From Squalus acanthias (Eukaryota), in contig JASTWF010000034.1 in NCBI GenBank assembly GCA_030390025.1, positions 930,001 through 994,000 of the forward strand: DNA of 64,000 nt, given 5' to 3'. Shown here piece after piece: positions 26,406-37,696 of this stretch. Both the position numbers and the translations under genes were made by a program. The first letter of the stretch is position 1. Every line of letters starts with the position of its first letter. The notes beneath the pieces were generated by a model that worked only from the letters and a program-made list of their open reading frames with translations, made no database searches and was not told where the DNA came from.

Positions 26406-27493
26406 TAATGCAGCAGGGGTCTTGTTGAGACTGGTTTAATTTCTGAACCAGATCAATAGTGTCCAACCCCAGAGCTGTTTGTGTAGATGTGATTAAGTTA
26501 TTAAGGGGGTTCCCCACATTAAAGGCCATGAAGGGGAGACTGGTGCGTAGGTCCGGGGTCAGGGCAGACAGTATAACATTTTTCATATCACTGTCCTCAA
26601 AATTAGATTGGTAATTGCGGAAAGCTGCCGAACATTAACTGAGGCTTTAAAGGGTGCAGGCTCGTCCACTGAGGTTTTCATGATATTGTTCTCAGCATAG
26701 GCTGGGGGGCCTCTTAGCCAGGTCGATGGTGGCATACGAGATGGGGGCCTTTTGGGGAGGGGGTAGCAAGGGAGGATATAGTTCTCCGCTGAACCCCTCG
26801 CATTCTGTATCATAAATCGGGGGGGGTGGTCTACCCCCGTGACTGCCCCTATTACAGCCCGTTGTTTACCCAGCTGGTTTTCCAACTCTTGTATAGTAAT
26901 ATGGCACAGTCTGTGGTCCGGCTCCCTTTGGGGCTGCTGAAGAGCCTCTCTTAGGGCTCCTGGTGAATCATTTAATTGTCTGGTAAGACGGTCATTGTCT
27001 TTTGTTAAGGAGGCTACCTGACACCGAGCCTCCTCAAGGTTCAGCATTGCAGCGCCAGGTGTGAACTGCATGAATGCGCTGTTGCTGGATTATTGCTGTC
27101 GAAGCCCCGACCTGGCCCTGAACAACTTCATTTTGGTGACTGAAGAGCTTCCATTTTACTCTTTAACTCTGCAGCCTCTTTCTCCCAGTTTGACTTCTCG
27201 CCCGTTAACTTTAGATTCTCTTCAATCAGCCGCAGCTTGTCTTTTTCTCATTGATTCTGATTGTCCTCTAGCTGGGTGACACGATACACTGCCGCAGAGG
27301 CCATCCGCTGCACTGCCCCATCTGGCTTCCATCTCTTCTCCTCAACTTGTTTCTCACTGAGCGCAACAACGTCCTCAAAGGAGACTCTCTTACCCTCTGT
27401 TAGACATTCTACTACTAACGTCTGGAACTGTGCAGCCTCCCACTTCTTCATTAACTTCGTTTTAAAGTCTACAAAGAAAATCTCACTCGACAT
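26406..27493 (-). pseudogene. gag: gag-like gene: coiled-coil N-terminal region, Pro-rich linker with PPAY, start of a capsid-like region; stops and frameshifts, truncated by CR1
   Basis: ATG at 27493 (MSSEIFF) ~120 nt after the PBS once the CR1 is removed; ORFs 27248-27574, 26583-27071 and 26347-26586 are collinear; PPAY at 26697-26708. Confidence 0.65.
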
Positions 27494-27581
27494 CTTGCTG
27501 TACGTTAAAGTGACACTGTCTGTCAGATAACCTAACTTTCCACAAGGACTCTCGTTGATCAGACGAAAATCCAAGCGCCTG

Positions 27582-28574
27582 CCAGTTATTCACAATATAT
27601 ATCAATGATCTAGACGAGGGAACTAGATGTAATATCTCCAAGTTTGCAGACGACACAAAGCTGGGTGGGCGTGTGTGTTGTGAGGAGGATGCAGAGAAAC
27701 TCCAGTATGATTTGGACAAGTTGGGTGATTGGGCAGATGCATGGCAGATGCAGTTTAATGTGAATAAATGTGAGGTTATCCACTTTGGTGGCAAAAACAG
27801 GAAGACAGATTATTATCTGAACGGCAATAGATTGGGAGAAGGGGAAGTGCAACGAGACCTGGGAGTCCTTGTGCACCAGTCGCTGAAGGTAAGCATGCAG
27901 GTGCAGCAGGCGGTGAAGAAGGCAAATGGTATGTTGGCCTTCATAGCGAGAGGATTCGAGTACAGGAGCAAGGATGTCTTGCTGCAGTTGTACAGGGCCT
28001 TGGTGAGACCACACCTTGCGTATTGTGTGCAGTTTTGGTCACCTTATCTGAGGAAGGATGTTCTTGCCATGGAGGGAGTGCAGCGAAGATTCACCAGGCT
28101 GATACCTGGGATGGCAGGAATGATGTATGAAGAGAGATTGGGACGATTGGGCTTATACTCGCTAGAGTTTAGAAGAGTGAGAGGGGCTCTCATTGAAACT
28201 TATAAAATTCTAACAGGACTAGACAGACTAGATGCAGGAAGGATGTTCCCGATGGCGGGGGAATCCAGAACCAGGGGTCACAGTCTAAGGATAAGGGGTA
28301 AAACATTTAGGACTGAGATGAGGAGGAATTTCTTCACCCAGAGAGTGGTGAACCTGTGGAATTCTCTTCCACAGAAGGCAGTAGAGGCCAATTCATTAAA
28401 TATATTCAAGAAGGAGTTAGATATATTTCTTAAGGCTAAAGGGATCAAGGTATATGGGGAGAAAGCAGGGACAGGGTACTGAATTTGGATGATCAGCCAT
28501 GATCTCATCGAATGGCGGAGCAGGCTCGAAGGGCCGAATGGCCTACTCCTGCTCCTATCTTCTATGTTTCTATG
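27582..28574 (+). mobile_element. CR1-type LINE 3' fragment inserted in the ERV leader
   Basis: QLFTIYINDL and KFADDTKL to AGTGY stop (28482); CTATGTTTCTATG tail; TGC at both junctions. Confidence 0.95.
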
Positions 28575-28606
28575 CACAATAGACCTGGTTTCAGTTAATA
28601 GTCACA

Positions 28607-28624
28607 GCACCACGTTAGGCGCCA
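28607..28624 (-). promoter_or_regulatory. Primer-binding site, tRNA-Lys(CUU)/Lys1,2 type
   Basis: Minus strand TGGCGCCTAACGTGGTGC versus canonical Lys1,2 PBS TGGCGCCCAACGTGGGGC (16/18); preceded by CTACA-GAT. Confidence 0.85.
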
Positions 28625-31600
28625 ATCTGTAGCTTATTTTAATATAGATATAAAATAAACTACTTTCTATTTGATATATAAGGTGCCGGACAAGAATGGG
28701 TTAATTTCAGCCGTTCAGTGACTAATTGATGCCAGTCTCCATGGGAACTAATTGTCTCTGCTTGTTATTAATTCCAGTCAGTTGAACACAGCAGGTCATA
28801 GAGTATTCTTTCCAATTTTTATTATAATGGAATATATTTAAAATATATCTCAGATCTGCATTTTGCTAATCTCAATAAATCAATTCCTATCATTTAATCA
28901 TTAAACACTCTGACTGTCCAGAAACCAAGAGATGTTCATCTCACTCAGCGAGGTTGCACTGTGGGAATCGGGTTCACTCTGCAGGATTGAAAATGTAGAC
29001 TGCTGGGTGGAAAGGTGCTAATTAATATCAGGACTTTCAAAATACGGCAACAGATTCTCACCATTGTAAGCAGCACCTTTCAGGGATTCACTATTCCTCT
29101 TTATAAGTTCAGTCTATACAGCATCAGTGTGAAAATCCCCAGCCACCCTCATAAGGCAGAAACCAGGCAACACGGACGGTTCCTCATTGTGGGGGATGGA
29201 GATTTAACTGAAAGTTTTGTCTACACTGGTTAGAATCTGGATTATATCTTTGAATGTTCTGGTACTGAGCTGACACTGTCCAACACAGGATCCCTCTGAA
29301 ATTTCCACCAGTAACAGTGAACCTGAATCCCAGCATTAAACAAGACAGGTTACATTCCCGGCCGTGGTTACATCTCTTACTTCATTCAATCAGTGAATTT
29401 AATGATTGAATTGTTGGGGGTAAATTGTTAATTTGAGCTGAGAGTTATTTTGGGGAATCTTTTAGAATATATTCTGTGATCTCAGAAATGATAATGGGAG
29501 CCTTGTGTAAATCTGTTGTGCTCAGCTTACTGTAACTAATAAGAAGCAGAGATATGTAGTTTCCAGTTCAGTGATGTATCAGGAAGGGTAGTGAATATAT
29601 AAGTGAGATCAGTGACTGAACATTTGAGATCAGTAATGTCTCGGAATGGGCAGTGGCAGTACAATGTATGTCAGAGATAGTCCTAGAGATTTATTGACAG
29701 TACAATATCTGTCAGTAAACCAGCTCGGATTGTATGGACAGTACAAGTGAGGTCAGTAATGTGCCTGGATGTGGAACGATGGTGCAAGTGTGGTTCGTGG
29801 ACTACAGAATGGATAGTGACAGTATAAGTGAGGTCAGTGACATATCGGAATGGGTAGTAACAGTAGATGTGAAGTCAGTTACATTTCTAAATAACTATCA
29901 ATTCTTCCTGCATGTTCTGTGAGAAGCGATGATTTCTGTTGCTTGTGTTGAAACCGGCAGTGAGACTGTCAGCTAACAGGGTCATATTAGTGCCAGTCCG
30001 TTGGTCACAGCAGCATCAGACATTATTCCCGCTCATGTTTATTACAGAACTGAAAATATTTAAATAGGGATATCGAGGAGTGGCAATCAGGACAATCCAC
30101 TTCTCCCAAAGATCAGTTTCTGAACACTCCAGGTTTGCTAAATCAAACTGATCATTAGGTCGTGCTGTACCAGAGAATTTTATTTGTGAACTGACCTGCT
30201 CCATGTTTCAGGGACGGTATCTGAGTGTAAACTGACCGGGTGAATTGGATAGACAGTCGCTGAAATGACAGGATTAGAATTTATCACCGAAATTGTCTGA
30301 AATCTGTAACTAAATCTCTGCTCTCAATGTAATGCTATCGGACTGCAGGGCTCATATTTTCTATTATTCCCAATTCTAGTGAAATAATATTCAGTTCTTT
30401 TGGGAGTTCACCTTACAGACGGGCAATACCTGTCTAATATTAATATAGATATAAAATCATATACTTTATATTTGTTATATGAAGTGCCGGACAAGAACAG
30501 GTTAATTTCAGCCGTTCAGTGACTAATTGATGCCAGTCTCCATGGGAACTAATTGTCTCTGCTTGTTATTAATTCCAGTCAGTTGAACACAGCAGGTCAT
30601 AGAGTATTCTTTCCAATGTTTATTATAATGGAATATATTTAAAATATATCACAGATCTGCATTTTGCTAATCTCAATAAATCAATTCCTATCATTTAATC
30701 ATTAAACACCCTGACTGTACAAAACCAAGAGATGTTCATCTCACTCAGCGAGGTTGCACTGTGGGAATCTGGTTCACTCTGCAGGATTGAAAATGTAGAC
30801 TGCTGGGTGGAAAGGTGCTAATTAATATCAGGACTTTCAAAATACGGCAACAGATTCTCACCATTGTAAGCAGCACATTTAAGGGATTCACTATTCCTCT
30901 TTATAAGTTCAGTCTATACAGCATCAGTGTGAAAATTCCCAGCCCCCGTCATAAGGCAGAACACAGGCAACATCGACGGTCCCTCATTGTGGGGGATGGA
31001 GATTTCATTGAAAGTTTTGTCTACACTGGTTAGAATCTGGGTTATATCTTTGAATGTTCTGGTACTGAGCTGACACTGTCCAACACAGGATTCCTTTGAA
31101 ATTTCCACCTGTAACAGTGAACCTGAATCCCAGCGTTAAACAAGACAGGTTACATTCCCGGCCGTGGTTACATCTCTGACTTCATTCAATCAGTGAATTT
31201 AATGATTGAATTGTTGGGAGTGAATTGCAGAATTGACCTTAGTGTTAGTTTGGGGAATCTTTTAAAATATATTCTGTGATCTCAGAAATGATAATGGGAG
31301 ATTGTGTAAATCTGTTGTCAGCTTACTGTAACTAATAAGAAGCAGAGACATGTAGGTTCCAGGGTGAGTCACATTCAATCCAGTCACTGAACAGCAGCAG
31401 TTTCCCTTTTCACTCTAAGACTCTTTGCACAACAATATACTTTAAACCAGGTATTGGACAGATGAATATTAAAAACCCCACAAACCACAGAATAGGATCA
31501 TTTTAATAACTATTGGGAATAACAGACGGTGCGAATCGCTCGGTCTGACAGGAATGATGAGAAGTGGGAGCCGATTAATTTACAGTTTTAAATCATTTCC

Positions 31601-31960
31601 ATGAGCCGATGTAATCTTGTCATTTCATACAATTTCTATCCACTTCTCAGGGGTGGGCTTAACAGTCACACACAGAAACTGAAACATTTCACTGGTCAGA
31701 CTCCAAAACAAAAATCAGAAATTGGGAAATCAGCAGGTTATATTTCTATTATAATTCACTTCATGGTTCCTCACCTGTGATCCTTCAGATAATCTAAAAT
31801 AGGTTCATTGTTCTGTATTTAATTAAACTAATGGATAAATGTACTGTAATTTTGAACAATTCGTTTATATTGCCCTGGATCCGTGAGATTTCAGGAGTAT
31901 TGTAAGAGAGAGCCGTATGTCTGAGGCAGCGCCATCGTACAACGGTGCACCTAAATGTAT

Positions 31961-32706
31961 CTGGATGGGTAGAGACAGTATGAGTGAGGTCAGTGATAAT
32001 CCTGGATGGGTAGTGACAGTATGAGTGAGGTCAGTGATAATCCTGGATGGGTAGTGACAGTATGAGTGAGGTCAGTGATAAACCTGGATGGGTAGTGACA
32101 GTATGAGTGAGGTCAATGATAAACCTGGATGGCTAGTGACAGTATGAGTGAGGTCAGTGATAATCCTGGATGGGTAGTGACAGTATGAGTGAGGTCAGTG
32201 ATAAACCTGGATGGGTAGTGACAGTATGAGTGAGGTCAGTGATAAACCTGGATGGGTAGTGACAGTATGAGTGAGGTCAGTGATAAACCTGGATGGGTAG
32301 TGACAGTATGAGTGAGGTCAGTGATAAACCTGGATGGGTAGTGACAGTATGAGTGAGGTCAGTGATAAACCTGGATGGGTAGTGACAGTATGAGTGAGGT
32401 CAGTGATAAACCTGAATGGGTATTGACAGTATGAGTGAGGTCAGTGATAAACCTGGATGGGTAGTGACAGTATGAGTGAGGTCAGTGATAATCCTGGATG
32501 GGTAGTGAGAGTATGAGTGAGGTCAGTGATAAACTTGGATGGGTAGTGAGAGTATGAGTGAGGTCAGTGATAATCCTGGATGGGTAGTGACAGTATGAGT
32601 GAGGTCAGTGATAAACCTGGATGGGTAGTGACAGTATGAGTGAGGTCAGTGATAATCCTGGATGGGTAGTGACAGTATGAGTGATGTCAGGGTAAACCTG
32701 GATGGG
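31961..32706. repeat. 41-bp VNTR (GACAGTATGAGTGAGGTCAGTGATAAWCCTGGATGGGTAGT), ~18 units
   Basis: 41-nt period; lies inside copy 2 of the 3.1-kb unit. Confidence 0.95.
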
Positions 32707-35115
32707 CATTGATAACACAGGTCAGTTCAGTGATGTATCAGGAAGGGAAGCGAATATTTAAGTGAGATCAGTGACTGAACAATTGAGGTCAGTAATGTCT
32801 CGGAATGGATAGGGGCAGTACAAACTATATCAGAGATATTCCTTACTTGCAATTACAGTAAAATATCTGTCAGTAAACCAGCTCGGTTTGTATTGACAGT
32901 ACAAGTGAGCTCAATAATGTACCTGGATGTGGAATGTTGGTTCAAGTGAGGTCCGTGGTATACAGAATGGACAGTGACAGTATAAGTGAGGTCAGTGACA
33001 TATCGGAATGGGTAGTAACAGTAGATGTGAAGTCAGTTACATTTCTAAATAACTATCAAATCTTCCTGCGTGTTCTGTGAGAAGCGATGATTTCTGTTGC
33101 TTGTGTTGAAACCGGCAGTGAGACTGTCAGCTAACAGGGTCATATTAGTGCCAGTCCGTTGGTCACAGCAGCATCAGACATTATTCCCGCTCATGTTTAT
33201 TACAGACTGAAAATATTTAAATTGGGATATCGAGAGTGGCAATCAGGACAATCCACTTCTCCCAAAGATCAGTTTCTGAACACTCAAGTTTGATTTAGCA
33301 AATCTGATCATTAGGTCGTGCTGTACCAGAGAATTTTATTTGTGAACTGACCTGCTCCATGTTTCAAGGACGGTATCTGAGTGTAAACTGACCGGGTGAA
33401 TTGGATAGACAGTCGCGGTAAAGACAGGATTAGAATTTATCACCGAAATTATCTGAAATCTGTAACTAAATCTCTGCTCTCAATGTAATCCTATCGGACT
33501 GTGGGCCTCATATTTTCTATTATTCCCAATTCTAGTGAAATAATATTCAGTTCTTTTGGGAGTTCACTTTACAGACTGGAAATATCTGTCTCATATTAAT
33601 ATAGATATAAAATCATATACTTTATATTTGTTATATGAAGTGCCGGACAAGAACAGGTTAATTTCAGCCGTTCAGTGACTAATTGATGCCAGTCTCCATG
33701 GGAACTAATTGTCTCTGCTTGTTATTAATTCCAGTCAGTTGAACACAGCAGGTCATAGAGTATTCTTTCCAATGTTTATTATAATGGAACATATTTAAAA
33801 TATATCACAGATCTGCATTTTGCTCATCTCAATAAATCAATTCCTATCATTTAATCATTAAACACTCTGACTGTCCAAAAACCAAGAGATGTTCATCTCA
33901 CTCAGCGAGGTTGCACTGTGGGAATCGGGTTCACTCTGCAGGATTGAAAATGTAGACTGCTGGGTGGAAAGGTGCTAATTAATATCAGGACTTTCAAAAT
34001 ACGGCAACAGATTCTCACCATTGTAAGCAGCACCTTTCAGGGATTCACTATTCCTCTTTATAAGTTCAGTCTATACAGCATCAGTGTGAAAATTCCCAGC
34101 CCCCTAATAAGGCAGAACCCAGACAACATCGACGGTCCCTCATTGTGGGGGATGGAGATTTATCTGAAAGTTTTGTCTACACTGGTTAGAATCTGGATTA
34201 TATCTTTGAATGTTCTGGTACTGAGCTGACACTGTCCAACACAGGATCCCTCTGAAATTTCCACCAGTAACAGTGAACCTGAATCCCAGCATTAAACAAG
34301 ACAGGTTACATTCCCGGCCGTGGTTACATCTCTGACTTCATTCAATCAGTGAATTTAATGATTGAATTGTTGGGAGTGAATTGTAGAATTGAGCTGAGTG
34401 TTAGTTTGGGGCATCTTTTAAAATATATTCTGTGATCTCAGAAATGATAATGGGAGATTGTGTAAATCTGTTGTCAGCTTACTGTAACTAATAAGAAGCA
34501 GAGACATGTAGGTTCCAGGGTGAGGCACATTCAATCCAGTCACTGAACAGCAGCAGATTCCCTTTTCACTCTAAGACTCTTTACACAACAATATACTTTA
34601 AACCAGGTATTGGACAGATGAATATTAAAAACCCCACAAACCACAGAATAGGATCATTTTAATAACTATTGGGAATAACAGACGGTGCGAATCGCTCGGT
34701 CTGACAGGAATGATGAGAAGTGGGAGCCGATTAATTTACAGTTTTAAATCATTTCCATGTCCCGATGTAATCTTGTCATTTCATACAATTTCTATCCACT
34801 TCTCAGGGGTGGGCTTAACAGTCACACACAGAAACTGAAACATTTCACTGGTCAGACTCCAAAAAAAAATCAGAAATTGGGAAATCAGCAGGTTATATTT
34901 CTATTATAATTCACTCCATGGTTCCTCACCTGTGATCCTTCAGATAATCTAAAATAGGTTCATTGTTCTGTATTTAATTAAACTAATGGATAAATCTACT
35001 GTAATTTTGAACAATTCGTTTATATTGCCCTGGATCCGTGAGATTTCAGGAGTATTGTAAGAGAGAGCCGTATGTCTGAGGCAACGCCATCGTGCAACGG
35101 TGCACCTAAATGTAT

Positions 35116-35738
35116 CTGGATGGGTAGAGACAGTATGAGTGAGGTCAGTGATAATCCTGGATGGGTAGTGACAGTATGAGTGAGGTCAGTGATAATCCTG
35201 GATGGGTAGTGACAGTATGAGTGAGGTCAGTGATAATCCTGGATGGGTAGTGACAGTATGAGTGAGGTCAGGGATAAACCTGGATGGGTAGTGACAGTAT
35301 GAGTGAGGTCAGTGATAAACCTGGATGGGTAGTGACAGTATGAGTGAGGTCGTTGATAAACCTGGATGGGTAGTGACAGTATGAGTGAGGTCAGTGATAA
35401 TCCTGGATGGGTAGTGACAGTATGAGTGAGGTCAGTGATAAACCTGGATGGGCAGTGACAGTATGAGTGAGGTCAGTGATAAACCTGGATGGGTAGTGAC
35501 AGTATGAGTGAGGTCAGTGATAATCCTGGATGGGTAGTGACAGTATGAGTGAGGTCAGTGATAAACCTGGATGGGTAGTGAGAGTATGAGTGAGGTCAGT
35601 GATAATCCTGGATGGGTAGTGACAGTATGAGTGAGGTCAGTGATAAACCTGGATGGGTAGTGACAGCATGAGTGAGGTCAGTGATAATTCTGTATGGGTA
35701 GTGACAGTATGAGTGATGTCAGGGTAAACCTGGATGGG
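35116..35738. repeat. Same 41-bp VNTR, ~15 units
   Basis: Inside copy 3; three fewer units than copy 2. Confidence 0.95.
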
Positions 35739-37696
35739 CATTGATAACACAGGTCAGTTCAGTGATGTATCAGGAAGGGAAGCGAATATTTAAGTGAGAT
35801 CAGTGACTGAACAATTGAGGTCAGTAGTGTCTCGGAATGGATAGTGGCAGTACAAACTATATCAGAGATATTCCTTACATGTAATTACAGTAGAATATCT
35901 GTCAGTAAACCAGCTCGGTTTGTATTGACAGTACAAGTGAGGTCAATAATGTACCTGGATGTGGAATGTTGGTTCAAGTGAGGTTCGTGGTGTACAGAAT
36001 AGATAGTGACAGTATAAGTGAGGTCAGTGACATATCGGAATGGGTAGTAACAGTAGATGTGAAGTCAGTTACATTTCTAAATAATTATCAAATCTTCCTG
36101 CATGTTCTGTGTGAAGCGATGATTTCTGTTGCTTGTGTTGAAACCGGCAGTGAGACTGTCAGCTAACAGGGTCATATTAGTGCCAGTCCGTTGGTCACAG
36201 CAGCATCAGACATTACTCCCACTCATGTTTATTACAGAATTGAAAATAGTTAAATAGGGATATCGAGGAGGGGCAATCAGGACAATCCACTTCTCCCAAA
36301 GATCAGTTTCTGAACACCCCAGGTTTGCTAAATCAAACTGATCATTAGGTTGTGCTCTACCAGTGAATTTTATTTGTGAACTGACCTGCTCCATGTTTCA
36401 GGGACGGTATCTGAGTGTAAACTGACCGGGTGAAATGACAGGGTTAGAATTTATCACCGAAATTATCTGAAATCTGTAACTAAATCTCTGCTCTCAATGT
36501 AATCCTATCGGACTGCAGGGCTCATATTTTCTATTATTCCCAATTCTAGTGAAATAATATTCAGTTCTTTTGGGAGTTCACCTTACAGACGGGCAATACC
36601 TGTCTCATATTAATATAGATATAAAATCATATACTTTATATTTGTTATATGAAGTGCCGGAGAAGAACAGGTTAATTTCAGCCGTTCAGTGACTAATTGA
36701 TGCCAGTCTCCATGGGAACTAATTGTCTCTGCTTGTTATTTATGCCAGTCAGTTGAACACAGCAGGTCATAGAGTATTCTTTCCAATGTTTATTATAATG
36801 GAACATATTTAAAATATATCACAGATCTGCATTTTGCTTATCTCAATAAATCAATTCCTATCATTTAATCATTAAACACTCTGACTGTCCAAAATCCAAG
36901 AGATGTTCATCTCACTCAGCGAGGTTGCACTGTGGGAATCGGGTTCACTCTGCAGGATTGAAAATGTAGACTGCTGAGTGGAAAGGTGCTAATTAATATC
37001 AGGACTTTCAAAATACGGCAACAGATTCTCACCATTGTAAGCAGCACCTTTCAGGGATTCACTATTCCTCTTTATAAGTTCAGTCGATACAGCATCAGTG
37101 TTAAAAATCCCAGCCCCCCTAATAAGGCAGAACACAGGCAACATCGACGGTCCCTCATTGTGGGGGATGGAGATTTACCTGAAAGTTTTGTTCACACTGG
37201 TTAGAATCTGGATTATATCTTTGATGTTCTGGTACTGAGCTGACACTGTCCAACACAGGATCCCTCTGAAATTTCCACCAGTAACAGTGAACCTGAATCC
37301 CAGCATTAAACAAGACAGGTTACATTCCCGGCCGTGGTTACATCTCTGACTTCATTCAATCAGTGAATTTAATGATTGAATTGTTGGGAGTGAATTGTAG
37401 AATTGAGCTTAGTGTTAGTTTGGGGCGTCTTTTAAAATATATTCTGTGATCTCAGAAATGATAATGGGAGATTGTGTAAATCTGTTGTCAGCTTACTGTA
37501 ACTAATAAGAAGCAGAGACATGTAGGTTCCAGGGTGAGTCACATTCAATCCAATCACTGAACAGCAGCAGATTCCCTTTTCACTCTAAGACACTTTGCAC
37601 AACAATATACTTTAAACCAGGTATTGGACAGATGTATATTAAAAACCCCACAAACCACAGAATAGGATCATTTTAATAACTACCCGGTCTGGGTAT

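Larger units (their letters stand above)
20252..28700 (-). mobile_element. Degenerate endogenous retrovirus-like provirus, lokiretrovirus-like (PBS-gag-[pol lost]-env-PPT-LTR), interrupted by three CR1 LINEs
   Basis: Order on the minus strand: U5 end CTACA-GAT, PBS, gag-like ORF fragments, env-like ORF with TM, purine tract, ATC-TGTAG LTR start. Confidence 0.8.
28628..37682. repeat. Tandem segmental repeat of a ~3.1-kb unit: copies start at 28628 (1.8 kb, internally deleted), 30431, 33587 and 36601 (truncated)
   Basis: Near-identical blocks, e.g. the MLINIRTFK ORF at 29015, 30815, 33972 and 36986; periods 1803, 3156, 3014. Confidence 0.95.

Noticed and set aside
22371..28577. Minus-strand ORFs overlapping CR1 ORF2
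   Set aside because: Antisense shadows of LINE coding sequence
20252..28700. Classification as an endogenous foamy virus on the basis of the Lys1,2 PBS
   Set aside because: The env stop lies <80 nt from the LTR, leaving no room for accessory genes there, and the Env pattern looks F-like; cannot be fully excluded without pol
28957..28963. CACTGTG heptamer in each 3.1-kb unit (and ACAAAAACA at ~56303 and ~58717) as V(D)J recombination signals
   Set aside because: No matching nonamer or heptamer at 12- or 23-nt spacing and no V/J coding segments
31554..31650. C/D-box snoRNA
   Set aside because: ATGATGA box C is present, but there is no terminal CTGA box D in a suitable position
29015..37204. 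Repeated short ORFs (MLINIRTFK…, MEQVSSQIK…, MDSTSEV…)
   Set aside because: They recur only because the DNA is duplicated; frameshifted in some copies, no recognisable domain
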